Part shown: positions 10,401 to 18,701 of the stretch, one piece after another
Layout: every line of letters begins with the position of its first letter
Position numbering within the stretch: position 1 is the first letter of the stretch
From: Planctomycetota bacterium
GTDB taxonomy: Bacteria; Planctomycetota; PLA2; JAEUHO01
Assembly: GCA_020851795.1 (NCBI GenBank)
Contig: JADZCA010000117.1
Span: 8,021 to 72,020 of the forward strand
Reading direction: 5' to 3'
DNA length: 64,000 bases
The notes under the pieces: model-generated
What the model was told of the DNA's origin: nothing
Database searches by the model: none
The model's input: the letters and a program-made list of their open reading frames with translations, nothing else
Made by a program: the position numbers and the translations under genes

Positions 10401-11155
10401 CCGGTCGGGCCGAGGCGCAGCACGACCTCCGTCGTCGAGGCGACCTCGAGGGGCCGGGACGCCGCGCGGAGGGCCCCGACCTCGAGCACCGTCGCGCGGT
10501 ACACGCCGGGGAGGAGGCCCTCGATGCGAAACCGTCCCTGCGCGTCGGTCTCGAGATGGGCCGTGGCGAAGAGGGACGCCGTCACCGCCCGGTCCGCGTC
10601 CGGCCCGCCCACGGGCTCGGCGGCCACGAGCCCGCGCCACGGGGACCCGTCCGCCGCGAGAACCCGACCCGCCAACGTCGCGCGCTCGGCGGGCGCGGGG
10701 AGGGTCACCTCGACGGCGGCGCGCGCGCCGTCGAGGGCGATCGTCGCGACGGCGTGGCCCTCGGCGCCGTCGTCGGCGACGGCGCGCACGTCGTAGACGC
10801 CCGGCGCGAGGCCCGAGGCGACGAACGCGCCGTCGGGCCCGGCGCGGGCGACCGCGCCGGCCGCCTCGAGCGCGAGAGGCGCCCCGAGGGCGCGCGCGAA
10901 GAAGCCGCCGCGCCCCGAGCGGTGGATCGCGTCGGCGCCCGGGAACAGCGCGAAGCGGACCTCGACCCACGCCGACGTCGGCCGCCCGCCGCGCCGCACG
11001 ACGCCGAGCACCGCCGAGCGGCCACCCGTCCCCACCACCTCGCGTCGCGCCGGCGCGCCGGGTCCGGGCGCCGAACCCGTCCGTCGGACGACCGTCCACG
11101 CCGCCGACGCGACGCCGACGACGAGCAGCGCCCAGAGGAACGTCCGCACGCGCAT
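7475..11155 (-). CDS. large secreted/anchored protein with about ten carboxypeptidase-regulatory-like (CarbopepD_reg/prealbumin-fold) domains
   Basis: 1226 aa; N-terminal signal/anchor (FLWALLVVGVASAAW); a periodic G(R/T)V(V/L)xxDGxPxxGxxV motif recurs roughly every 90-100 aa. Confidence 0.6.
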   Translation of the reverse strand: MRVRTFLWALLVVGVASAAWTVVRRTGSAPGPGAPARREVVGTGGRSAVLGVVRRGGRPTSAWVEVRFALFPGADAIHRSGRGGFFARALGAPLALEAAGAVARAGPDGAFVASGLAPGVYDVRAVADDGAEGHAVATIALDGARAAVEVTLPAPAERATLAGRVLAADGSPWRGLVAAEPVGGPDADRAVTASLFATAHLETDAQGRFRIEGLLPGVYRATVLEVGALRAASRPLEVASTTEVVLRLGPTGVVTDGRTISDDDARAVAGVEVVAAGRGGSFEMTVRRTVSDALGRWRLELPPGNERTLFAAANGWAWWIGTVSEAGTGGATDVRLLRHGRLDGRVVAAESGAPVAGVRVTARPTRGAVRAALPTATTDPDGRFALDGVPSGDVVAAVEGGGWVTERLVETLTSALGPATATVPPGGVATVEVRVRRAARLSGTVRDGDGRAVEGAIARVDLAPPDAPPTPVASCATDASGAFAFDGLADGASYVLVVTAPDRRTTRADVPAVSSSEPATVDVALPPARRASVEVVEDGGAAPVPFARVSWVETPPRAPPVVRTFTAGAGGVATVGPLPAGEVRLRAEHEDAVESGTASLAPEATRVRVALRRGLALHGTVVEDGGRPVPLVRVSLVPADPAGTRRPAEATDGEGRFVFRGLAPGRYVLTVLRRVPGEPERSAEVAADAGGEATLTLARSAALADALVVHVRGPDGAPVPRARVRVREEGRVAWEGEAKDGVATVAGAPLAPRLVDVFDPTDAAGAPLAAGPATVGPVVRGTDRVEVSLPPPRAIAGVVVGPDRAPVPGAAVFAVRPGDDPVLGLDRAARAVSDADGRFRLDGQGDVDVTLVVHPPDAFLAPTPVAARGGRTGLVLTLRASPVVVVTVLGPDDRPVADAVVEAASLATPDGGSPEATRRVARTGADGRASLRGVEPGRPGALVVTPPPEPPRFAAEVRPWTPRDTRVRLVAARRAVGVVRDPSGVPLQASVAFRARDGRSGGAVTGADGRFELLLPDEDGVVLDAWLSGAAPPRAAARVGSARRTLAAGETDASVVIDPGADLVVRVTDPDGGAVPTFLLARVRRADGSTELRAATLERETATLRGLARDDLVSLFVAPDARGRSALARDAAPGREARLRLDGGLSVTGTAEAPAWATEVRVSAWCEEFDATVEGTRDADGRFEVRGLPEGTTWRVLVQATGGGRTSVARGAPVAAGARDVRVAAD

Positions 11156-11214
11156 GGAGGAGGACCCCGGTCGTAGGGGCCCGTTCTACCTCGCCCGGCG
11201 CGCCGGCACGGGGC

Positions 11215-11637
11215 TCACCCGTGCGAGGTGCGGTCGGTGTCGTCGGGGAAGCCGAAGCAGATCGGGTCCTGCCCCGGCTTGAAGTCGCAGAACTTCGTGT
11301 GGTCGCCGGTCGCGACGTCCGAGGCCTTCCCCCAGCAGTACGGGCAGTCCTTGTGCTCGGCGACGGTGTAGACGGCGTCCACGCGGCGGCAGCGGACCGC
11401 CGCGGGCTCCACCGCCGGCTGGGCCGGCGGCGCCGCGTCCACCTCGCGGTCGGGGAAGCCGAAGCAGACCGGGTCCTGCCCCGGCTTGAAGTCGCAGAAC
11501 TTCGTGTGGTCGCCGGTGGCGACGTCGGAGGCCTTCCCGTAGCAGTACGGGCAGTCCTTGTGCTCCGCGACCGAGTAGCGCGCGTCCACGCGACGGCAGC
11601 GGATCGTCGGCTCGGAGGGGTCGTGCGCGTGCGTCAT
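11215..11637 (-). CDS. tandem-duplicated Cys-rich small protein (putative metal-binding)
   Basis: 140 aa containing two ~51-aa near-identical repeats, RCRRVDA-YSVAEHKDCPYC-GKASDVATGDHTKFCDFKPGQDP-CFGFPD, each with five Cys; starts 28 bp downstream of porB on the same strand. Confidence 0.5.
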   Translation of the reverse strand: MTHAHDPSEPTIRCRRVDARYSVAEHKDCPYCYGKASDVATGDHTKFCDFKPGQDPVCFGFPDREVDAAPPAQPAVEPAAVRCRRVDAVYTVAEHKDCPYCWGKASDVATGDHTKFCDFKPGQDPICFGFPDDTDRTSHG

Positions 11638-11665
11638 GGTCGTCCTCCTCGTTCGTAGGGCGGGC

Positions 11666-12583
11666 TCAGCGCGGGGCCGCCGCGGGCTCGGCCTCCGCCT
11701 CGGCGCGGGCCCGGCGCTCGAGGCGCGCCCACTCGGCGCGCGCCTCGCGCTCCATCGCCTCCACCTCGGGCGGGGTCACCTGCGCGAAGCGGCCCTGCAG
11801 CTTGAGGTACTCCTTCATCGGCGTCCACGCGGGGGCGACGTTGACCACCGTCCGCACGCCGTCGAACACCTCGTAGAGCGGGAACACGCCGGTCTCGACC
11901 GCGAGGCGGCCGAGCTCGGCCATGTGGCGCGAGTCGGCCTTCCAGCCGGTCGGGCACGGGCAGAAGTAGTGGAGCAGCCGGAACCCGCGCATCGACTTCG
12001 CCGTCTCGAGCTTGCGGACGAAGTCCTCGGGGTGGCTGATCGACACGGTGGCGAAGTACGGGATGCGGTGCGCGGCCATGATCTCGCCGAGGTGCTTCTT
12101 CGGCTCGCGCTTGCCGTCCTTCGCGGGCGTCGTCATGGTCCAGGCCCCTCGCGGCGTCGCCGACGAGCGCTGGATCCCCGTGTTCATGTACGCCTCGTTG
12201 TCGTAGCAGACGTAGATCATGTCCTCGTTGCGCTCCGCGGCGGCCGAGAGCGACTGGAGGCCGATGTCGAAGGTCCCGCCGTCGCCCGCCCACACGAGCA
12301 CGTTGACGTCGTGCTGGCCGGTGACGTCGAGCGCGGCGCGCACGCCGCTCGCGTACGCGGGGGCGGCCTCGAAGGCCGCGTGGAGGAACGGGACGCTCGA
12401 CGCGCTGTAGGGGAACGCGCCGTCGATCACCGCGAAGCAGCAGGCCGGCGCCGTCACGATCGTGCGGCGGCCGAGCACCTTGAGCGCCCAGCGGTACGCG
12501 GGCGTGACGCCGCAGCCCGGGCACGCGAGGTGGCCCGCCCGGAGGATCTCCTCGTGGCTCAGCGCGTCCATCGGGCCGCTCAT
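11666..12583 (-). CDS. porB: 2-oxoacid:ferredoxin oxidoreductase beta subunit (TPP-binding)
   Basis: 305 aa; GHLACPGCG, GDGGTFDIG and YDNEAYMNTGIQ motifs of the PorB/KorB TPP-binding subunits; ATGA overlap with the porA stop. Confidence 0.85.
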   Translation of the reverse strand: MSGPMDALSHEEILRAGHLACPGCGVTPAYRWALKVLGRRTIVTAPACCFAVIDGAFPYSASSVPFLHAAFEAAPAYASGVRAALDVTGQHDVNVLVWAGDGGTFDIGLQSLSAAAERNEDMIYVCYDNEAYMNTGIQRSSATPRGAWTMTTPAKDGKREPKKHLGEIMAAHRIPYFATVSISHPEDFVRKLETAKSMRGFRLLHYFCPCPTGWKADSRHMAELGRLAVETGVFPLYEVFDGVRTVVNVAPAWTPMKEYLKLQGRFAQVTPPEVEAMEREARAEWARLERRARAEAEAEPAAAPR

Positions 12584-13824
12584 CGCGTCACCTCCTCGCC
12601 GCACGCGCACGCCTTCACCGGGGCGCCGGGCGGCAGCACCGCGCCGAGCCAGGTCGTCTCCGGCTCGGGGGCGGGCCTCGAGACCGTGCGGCGCAGCACG
12701 TCCTCGATCGACTCGACCGACACGTCGCGCCCGCCCAGCCCCATCACGTAGCCGTACGCCTTCGGCCGCCGCGCGTCGGGGAGGCCGTAGAGCGCGCTCT
12801 TGAGCTCCTGGAAGAAGATCCCGTGGTGGCCGTACGAGCAGTTGCGGTCGATCACCGCCACCTTCTCGACGCCGCCGAGCACCTCGCGAAGCCGCGCCGC
12901 CGGGAAGGGGCGGAACAGGCGGATCTGCACGAGGCCCACCTTCTCGCGGCGCGCCCAGTCGGACTCGACGACCTCCTGCGCCGTCTGGCTGACGGTGCCG
13001 CTGGTCACGAGCGCGACGCGCGCGTCGTCCATGTGCCACGTCTCGACCACGTCGTAGGCCCGCCCCGTCAGGCGCGCCCAGTCGGCGTACGCCTTCGGCA
13101 GCAGCCCGCCGATGCGCAGCATCGAGTCGTGGAGGTCCTGGCGCACCTCCTGGTACCAGTCGGGCCCGAGCAGGCCGCCGAACGCCGCCGGCTTCTCGAC
13201 GTCGAGCTTGAACGACGGCGTGCGCGGCGGGAGGAAGTTGTCCACGACCTCCTGCGCCGGCACCTCGACGGCCTCCGCGGTGTGCGAGAGCACGAACGCG
13301 TCCTCGACGACCATCACGGGCACGTTGGTCGTCTCGGCGAGGCGGAACGCCATGACCACGTGGTCGAGCACGTCCTGCGCGGTCGAGCAGTACACCTGCG
13401 CCCAGCCGGTGTCGCGCTGCGAGAGGCTGTCGTTCTGGTCGGTCCAGATGCTCCAGCCGGGCGCCATCGCGCGGTTGACGTCCACCATGACGATCGGGAG
13501 GCGGCTCCCCGCGGCCCAGTGCAGCAGCTCGTGCATCAGCGCGAGCCCCTGGGCGCTGGTCGCGGTGAAGACGCGGGTGCCGGTGATCGACGCGCCGATG
13601 CAGACCGCCATCGCGGAGTGCTCGGACTCCACGTTGACGAAGCGCGAAGGCCACGTGGCGCGCTGGTAGAGGTCGGCGAGCGTCTCGATGATCGTGGTCT
13701 GCGGCGTGATCGGGTACGCCGAGACGACCTGCGTGCGCGCGAGGAAGGCCCCCCACGCCGCGGCCTGGTTGCCCGTGAGGATGGAGGTCCGGCTCGCCGC
13801 CGGCGCGGGGACGGTGGTGGTCAC
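12580..13824 (-). CDS. porA: 2-oxoacid:ferredoxin oxidoreductase alpha subunit
   Basis: 414 aa; GTG start overlapping the upstream stop (GTGA); GNQAAAWGAF...SAYPITPQT and HWAAGSRLPIVMV are PFOR domain I/II signatures. Confidence 0.8.
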   Translation of the reverse strand: MTTTVPAPAASRTSILTGNQAAAWGAFLARTQVVSAYPITPQTTIIETLADLYQRATWPSRFVNVESEHSAMAVCIGASITGTRVFTATSAQGLALMHELLHWAAGSRLPIVMVDVNRAMAPGWSIWTDQNDSLSQRDTGWAQVYCSTAQDVLDHVVMAFRLAETTNVPVMVVEDAFVLSHTAEAVEVPAQEVVDNFLPPRTPSFKLDVEKPAAFGGLLGPDWYQEVRQDLHDSMLRIGGLLPKAYADWARLTGRAYDVVETWHMDDARVALVTSGTVSQTAQEVVESDWARREKVGLVQIRLFRPFPAARLREVLGGVEKVAVIDRNCSYGHHGIFFQELKSALYGLPDARRPKAYGYVMGLGGRDVSVESIEDVLRRTVSRPAPEPETTWLGAVLPPGAPVKACACGEEVTR

Positions 13825-15509
13825 GTGCTCTTCCTCAGCTCGATGGCCGCCCGCGGGCACTCCTGCGCGCACACGCCGCAGCCCTTGCAGTGCGCGAGGT
13901 CGATCACGTAGCCGCCGCCCGGCTTCTTCGAGATCGCCATGTCGGGGCAGAGGTGGTAGCAGACGTCGCACTCGACGCAGGTCCCGCACTTGAAGCAGCG
14001 GGCCGCCTCGGCCACGGCGTCGGCCGCCGGCAGGCGCCCCTCGACCGGCGCGAACGACGCGACGCGCTCGCCCGGCGCGACGACGTCGGGCGCGTGCGGC
14101 GCCTCCTTGCGGAAGCGCGCGACGTTGAGCTGCTTGAACTTCGCCACCGCGGGGTCCACGCCGCGGTCGGCGAGCGGCGCCGCGGCCGGCACCGCCTGTC
14201 CGGTGAGCTCGGCGTGCAGCGCGTGCGCGGCGAGCCGCCCGCCGCGGATCGCCTCGCTCACGGTCGCGCCGGTGCCGTCGGCGCAGTCGCCGGCGGGGAA
14301 GGCCTCGGCCTCGCCCGCGTGCCCGTCGGGGGCGACGCCCACGCGCCCGTCGCGCGTCGCCGCGCCGCGCGGGACCACCTCGTCGTCGAGGACCTCGCCG
14401 AGCGCCTTGACCAGCGCGTCCACCTCGACGGTGACCTCGTCGCCCGCCACGGGGACGGGCTTCGACCGGCCCGAGGCGTCCTTGCCCGAGAGCTCCATGC
14501 GGACGAAGGTGACGAGGAGGCGCCCGGTCGGCGACGCCTCGACGCGCACCGGCGCGGCGAGGAAGCGGAACCCGACGCCCTCCTCCTTCGCCTCGTCCAC
14601 CTCGAGCCGGAACGCCGGCATCTCGCGCTCGGTGCGCCGGTACCAGACGGTCGTGCGCGTCCCGAGCCGGCGCAGCGTCCGCGCGACGTCCATCGCGGTG
14701 TTGCCGCCCCCCACGACGGCCACCTCGGCGCCGAGCCCGGTCTCCTCGCCGCGCCGCACGCCCGCGAGGAACGACATCCCGTCGAGCACGTTGGGCAGGT
14801 CCTCGCCCGGGATGCCCAGCGGCCGCGAGCGACCGAAGCCCACCGCGAAGATCGTCGGGCCGAGCGCCTCGATCTCCTCGCGCGCGAGGCGGCGGCCGGT
14901 CTCGATCTCCACGCCGAGCGAGCGCACCCACGCGACCTCGGCGCGCACGACCTCGGTCGGGAGCCGGTACGCGGGGATGCCGTAGCGCAGCAGCCCGCCG
15001 GCCTCCGGCGCGGCCTCGTGGACCGTGACCGGGTGGCCGAGCCGGCGCAGCGCGACCGCCGCCGAGAGGCCGGCGGGCCCCGAGCCGACGACGTGGACGC
15101 GCGGGTGCACGGCCTCGGGGAGCTCGGGGCGCACCGCCTTCGCGAGCTTGTGGTCGCCGACCGCGGCCTCGACCGCGTGCACCACGACGCCGCCGCCGTA
15201 CGCCTTGCGGTTGCACGGCTGCTCGCACGGGTGCGGGCACACGCGGCCCGTGACCGCGGGGAACGGGTTCACGTCGAGCGCGACGCGGGCCGCGCCGTCC
15301 CAGTCGCCCTGCTCGACCTTGTGCATCATCGCGACGACGTCGAGCCCGGTGAGGCACACGTGGCTGCAGGGCGGCGTCAGGTCCTTGTAGAGGGGCTCGA
15401 GGAACTTCCACGACCCGGTGCGGTTCCACGACGTGCCGCCGAGCGACTGGGCGGTCGCGGGGAGGTCGCCGCGGGTCTCGAACTGGACGCGTCCGTCGGT
15501 CTTCTTCAT
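13821..15509 (-). CDS. GltD-like NAD(P)H-dependent FAD oxidoreductase fused to a C-terminal PorD-type 2x[4Fe-4S] ferredoxin domain
   Basis: 562 aa; N-terminal Fe-S Cys motifs (CSHVCLTG, CPHPCEQPCN); FAD/NAD Rossmann motifs (VVGSGPAGLSAA, VVGGGNTAMD); C-terminal CFKCGTCVECDVCYHLCP...CKGCGVCAQECP; it sits in the position of the por delta subunit. Confidence 0.75.
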   Translation of the reverse strand: MKKTDGRVQFETRGDLPATAQSLGGTSWNRTGSWKFLEPLYKDLTPPCSHVCLTGLDVVAMMHKVEQGDWDGAARVALDVNPFPAVTGRVCPHPCEQPCNRKAYGGGVVVHAVEAAVGDHKLAKAVRPELPEAVHPRVHVVGSGPAGLSAAVALRRLGHPVTVHEAAPEAGGLLRYGIPAYRLPTEVVRAEVAWVRSLGVEIETGRRLAREEIEALGPTIFAVGFGRSRPLGIPGEDLPNVLDGMSFLAGVRRGEETGLGAEVAVVGGGNTAMDVARTLRRLGTRTTVWYRRTEREMPAFRLEVDEAKEEGVGFRFLAAPVRVEASPTGRLLVTFVRMELSGKDASGRSKPVPVAGDEVTVEVDALVKALGEVLDDEVVPRGAATRDGRVGVAPDGHAGEAEAFPAGDCADGTGATVSEAIRGGRLAAHALHAELTGQAVPAAAPLADRGVDPAVAKFKQLNVARFRKEAPHAPDVVAPGERVASFAPVEGRLPAADAVAEAARCFKCGTCVECDVCYHLCPDMAISKKPGGGYVIDLAHCKGCGVCAQECPRAAIELRKST

Positions 15510-15514
15510 GGGCG

Positions 15515-16096
15515 TCAGACCCCCGCCGCGGCCGTCGCCGGCTCGTGGACCACCTGCACGGCGTCGTAGGCGTCGAACGCGGCGGCCCGGTTGACGGCGG
15601 CCTTCGCGCCGAACAGCTCCTCCATCGCGGCCGCGACGTCGTCCTTGCCGACGAGGCCCGTCACCCGCGCGAAGGCCCCCACCATCGTCGTGTTCACGAT
15701 CGGGGCGGTCGCCGTGCCGATCTTGTGGCGGGCGGCGATCGCGCTGCCGTCCACCCACGCGAGGCGGAACGTGCGGGCGAACGGCTCGAGGGCCTCGGGG
15801 CCCGCCGCGTTCATGACGACCGAGCCGCCGGGCTGGAGGCCGTCGGTCAGCGGCAGGTAGTGGGCGAGCGCCGGGTCGAGGATCAGCACGTGGTCGGGGC
15901 GCAGCACCCGCGTGCGGAGGCGGATGGGGCGGCGGTCGAGCCGCGCGAACGCGGTGACCGGGACGCCGCGGCGCTCGACGCCGAACTCGGGGAACACCTG
16001 GACGTGGTAGCCGCAGCGGTGCGCCGCGTGGGCGAGCAGCAGGGACGCGAGGACGGCCCCCTGCCCGCCGCGACCGTGCATCCGGACCTCGATCAT
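15515..16096 (-). CDS. porG: 2-oxoacid:ferredoxin oxidoreductase gamma subunit
   Basis: 193 aa; MIEVRMHGRGGQGAV start typical of PorG; true start is internal to listed ORF 15515..16228. Confidence 0.8.
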   Translation of the reverse strand: MIEVRMHGRGGQGAVLASLLLAHAAHRCGYHVQVFPEFGVERRGVPVTAFARLDRRPIRLRTRVLRPDHVLILDPALAHYLPLTDGLQPGGSVVMNAAGPEALEPFARTFRLAWVDGSAIAARHKIGTATAPIVNTTMVGAFARVTGLVGKDDVAAAMEELFGAKAAVNRAAAFDAYDAVQVVHEPATAAAGV

Positions 16097-16347
16097 GCGA
16101 GGCGCCTCCCGGCCCCGGGCCGGCGAGCCCCGGGGGCCGGTGGTCCGGCGCAATCGGCGTGCCCTCGGCGACGGGCGCGCGCCGCGGGGGCCCCTGCGCG
16201 GGCCTCGGCGGAAGGGGCGTCGCCGCAAAGGCTTGCGCGGGCGCTGCGCGGGGCCCGCGACGGGAGCGTCGCGGTGCGACGTGGCGACGTCGGTGTTGCG
16301 GACCGCTCCGCACGTCGCTGCTCAGAGGCCCGCAGGCGCCCCGACGC

Positions 16348-17343
16348 TTACACGGCGCGAACCACGCGCCCGCCGGGGGCCTTCGTCGAGAAGAGGCGCT
16401 CGCAGAACGCCGCGTCGCGGCCGAAGCAGGCGGTGGACGCCGCGTCGGCGGCGAGCCCCGTCGGCGCGACGACCGTGACCGAGCGCACGGCGCTCGCGCG
16501 CGGCGCGGCGACCTCGGGGTCGAGGATGTGGTGGTAGCGGTGCCCGTCCGCGACGAAGCACTGCTCCGTGTCGCCCGACGTCGCCACCGCCGCGTCGGAG
16601 ACCTCGACGGTGCCGAGCAGCGCCGAGGGGTCGAGCGGGTCCCGGACGCCGATCCGCCACGGGTCGCCGGTCTCGGCGTGACCGAGCGCCACGATGTCGC
16701 CGCCGACGTTGACCAGCGCGTCGCGCACGCCCGCGGCGCGCAGCACCGCGGCCGCGCGGTCGATCGCGTACCCCACCGCGATCCCGCCGAGGTCGAGGCC
16801 GACGTCGGGGTCGCGGAAGCGCAGCGTGCCGCCGTCGCGCGTGCGGTCCACGTCCACGGCGCGGTGCAGGTGGCGGCCCGCGAGCCGGCGCACGAGCGCC
16901 TCGTCGGGCGGCGTGCGGCGGTGGTTGACGTCCCACAGGTCGATCGCCCGCCGCAGGCAGGGGTCGAAGACGCCGTCGCTCGCCTCGGCCCAGCGGAGCG
17001 CCTCCTCGACGACGAGGGCCGTGTCGCGCGAGACCGCCACCGGCGTGAGGCCGGCGCCGAGGTTGGCCCGCCCGACGTCGGACGCGTCGTCGTAGCGCGT
17101 CAGCAGCGCCTCGAGGCGCAGCAGCTCGGCGACCGCGGCGTCGAGCGCCGCGTGCGCGCGGCGCGGGTCGTCGGACAGCACGGTGAGCTCGGCGAGCGTC
17201 CCCATCGTCGGCACCGTGCGCAGGACGCGGCGCCGCGCGTCGCGGCGCGCCCGCGGCATCGCGGCCACGACGAACGCCCCGGCCCCCACGGCGAGCAGCG
17301 TGCGGCGCGACGGACGGAAGGTGCGGCGGTCAGGGGTGCCCAT
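16348..17343 (-). CDS. apbE: FAD:protein FMN transferase (ApbE family), Tat-signal lipoprotein-type
   Basis: 331 aa; Tat-like RRTLLAVGAGAFV; ApbE-family conservation; encoded directly downstream of rnfCDGEA as in Rnf/Nqr operons. Confidence 0.8.
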   Translation of the reverse strand: MGTPDRRTFRPSRRTLLAVGAGAFVVAAMPRARRDARRRVLRTVPTMGTLAELTVLSDDPRRAHAALDAAVAELLRLEALLTRYDDASDVGRANLGAGLTPVAVSRDTALVVEEALRWAEASDGVFDPCLRRAIDLWDVNHRRTPPDEALVRRLAGRHLHRAVDVDRTRDGGTLRFRDPDVGLDLGGIAVGYAIDRAAAVLRAAGVRDALVNVGGDIVALGHAETGDPWRIGVRDPLDPSALLGTVEVSDAAVATSGDTEQCFVADGHRYHHILDPEVAAPRASAVRSVTVVAPTGLAADAASTACFGRDAAFCERLFSTKAPGGRVVRAV

Positions 17344-17473
17344 GACGGAGCTCCTTGGCGGGGCACTCGGTCGTGCAGGTGCTGCAGCCCTGCTCGCGCT
17401 CGCGCCCGCGGCGCAGGACGCCGAAGAGCGCGAAGAGCAGCGCGCAGCCGAGGACGGGGAGGACGACGCTCAT
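17330..17473 (-). CDS. small single-TM Cys-rich protein, NqrM (DUF539)-like candidate
   Basis: 47 aa, MSVVLPVLGCALLFALFGVLRRG...GCSTCTTECP; below the ORF-track size cutoff; ATGA overlap with the rnfA stop and 14-nt overlap with the apbE start. Confidence 0.3.
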   Translation of the reverse strand: MSVVLPVLGCALLFALFGVLRRGREREQGCSTCTTECPAKELRHGHP

Positions 17474-18051
17474 GACGCGGTGAAGAGCCCGGCGAAGCCC
17501 ATGAACGCGAGGGACAGGCAGCCCGCGACGACGAGCACGATGGCCGTGCCCTTCGCGGTCCGCGGGACGGCGGCGAGGTCGAGCCGCTCGCGGATCGACG
17601 CCATGAGGAGCAGCGCGAGCGTGAGCCCGAGGCCCGCGCCGACGCCGAAGGCGACGCCCTGCAGCAGGGTGTAGCCGCGGGCCGTCTGCATCACGGCGAG
17701 CGCGAGGATCGCGCAGTTGGTCGTGATGAGCGGGAGGTAGATCCCCAGCTCGCGGAACAGCGTCGGGCTCGCCTTCTTGATGATCATCTCGACGATCTGC
17801 ACGAGCCCGGCGATCACGACGATGAACGCGATGATGCGCAGGTACGGGGTCTCGGCGAGGACGAAGCGGTTCAGGAACCAGACCGCCACCGCCGTGAGCA
17901 CGAGGACGAAGGTGTCGGCCGCGCCCATGCGCAGCGCCGTGTCCACCTTGCTCGACACCCCGATGAACGCGCAGATGCCGAGGAACAGCGTCAGGGTGAA
18001 GTTGTTCACCACCGCCGCGAGCAGGAGGATCATGAGCGGGTGGTCGTTCAC
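17470..18051 (-). CDS. rnfA: Rnf complex subunit A
   Basis: 193 aa; LLLAAVVNNFTLTLFLGICAFIG N-terminus typical of RnfA/NqrE; GTGA start-stop overlap. Confidence 0.8.
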   Translation of the reverse strand: MNDHPLMILLLAAVVNNFTLTLFLGICAFIGVSSKVDTALRMGAADTFVLVLTAVAVWFLNRFVLAETPYLRIIAFIVVIAGLVQIVEMIIKKASPTLFRELGIYLPLITTNCAILALAVMQTARGYTLLQGVAFGVGAGLGLTLALLLMASIRERLDLAAVPRTAKGTAIVLVVAGCLSLAFMGFAGLFTAS

Positions 18052-18701
18052 GCGGCCTCCTTCGCCGAGCCGGGCGCGCCCGCGGCGGCGCGGCGACGTT
18101 CGGCCTTGCGGCGCTCGAGGGTGCGCACGACGAGCAGCACCATCGCGAGGGTGAGGAACCCGCCGGGCGGCATCATCATCACGCCCCACGGCTGGAACGC
18201 GGCCGGCATCACGCGGACGCCGAGCAGCGTCCCCGCGCCCAGCCCCTCGCGGACGACGCCCATGAGGAACAGGGCGATCGTGAAGCCGAACCCGCTGCCG
18301 AGCGCGTCGAGCGCGGCGCGGCCGACAGGGTTCTTGGCCGCGAACGCCTCCTGGCGCGCGAGGATGATGCAGTTGACGACGATGAGCGCGATGAACGGCC
18401 CGAGCGCGCGGTGCACGGTCGGCGACAGGCCCTCGATGAGCATGTCGGCGACGGTGACGAAGGTCGCGATGATGAGGACGAAGGCCGTGATGCGGACCTC
18501 GTTCGGGATCCGCTTCTTCCACCACGCCACGAGCACGCAGGAGAAGACGAGCACCAGCGTCGTCGCCAGCCCCATCGCGACGCAGTTGGCGACCGTGTTG
18601 GTGACGGCGAGCGTCGGGCACATCCCGAGCGTCTGCACGAGCACGGGGTTCTCGCGCCAGACGCCCCGGAGGAAGTCCTGGCGCGGCGTGGTGGCGCTCA
18701 T
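18048..18701 (-). CDS. rnfE: Rnf complex subunit E
   Basis: 217 aa; WRENPVLVQTLGMCPTLAVT typical of RnfE/NqrD; ATGA overlap. Confidence 0.8.
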   Translation of the reverse strand: MSATTPRQDFLRGVWRENPVLVQTLGMCPTLAVTNTVANCVAMGLATTLVLVFSCVLVAWWKKRIPNEVRITAFVLIIATFVTVADMLIEGLSPTVHRALGPFIALIVVNCIILARQEAFAAKNPVGRAALDALGSGFGFTIALFLMGVVREGLGAGTLLGVRVMPAAFQPWGVMMMPPGGFLTLAMVLLVVRTLERRKAERRRAAAGAPGSAKEAA

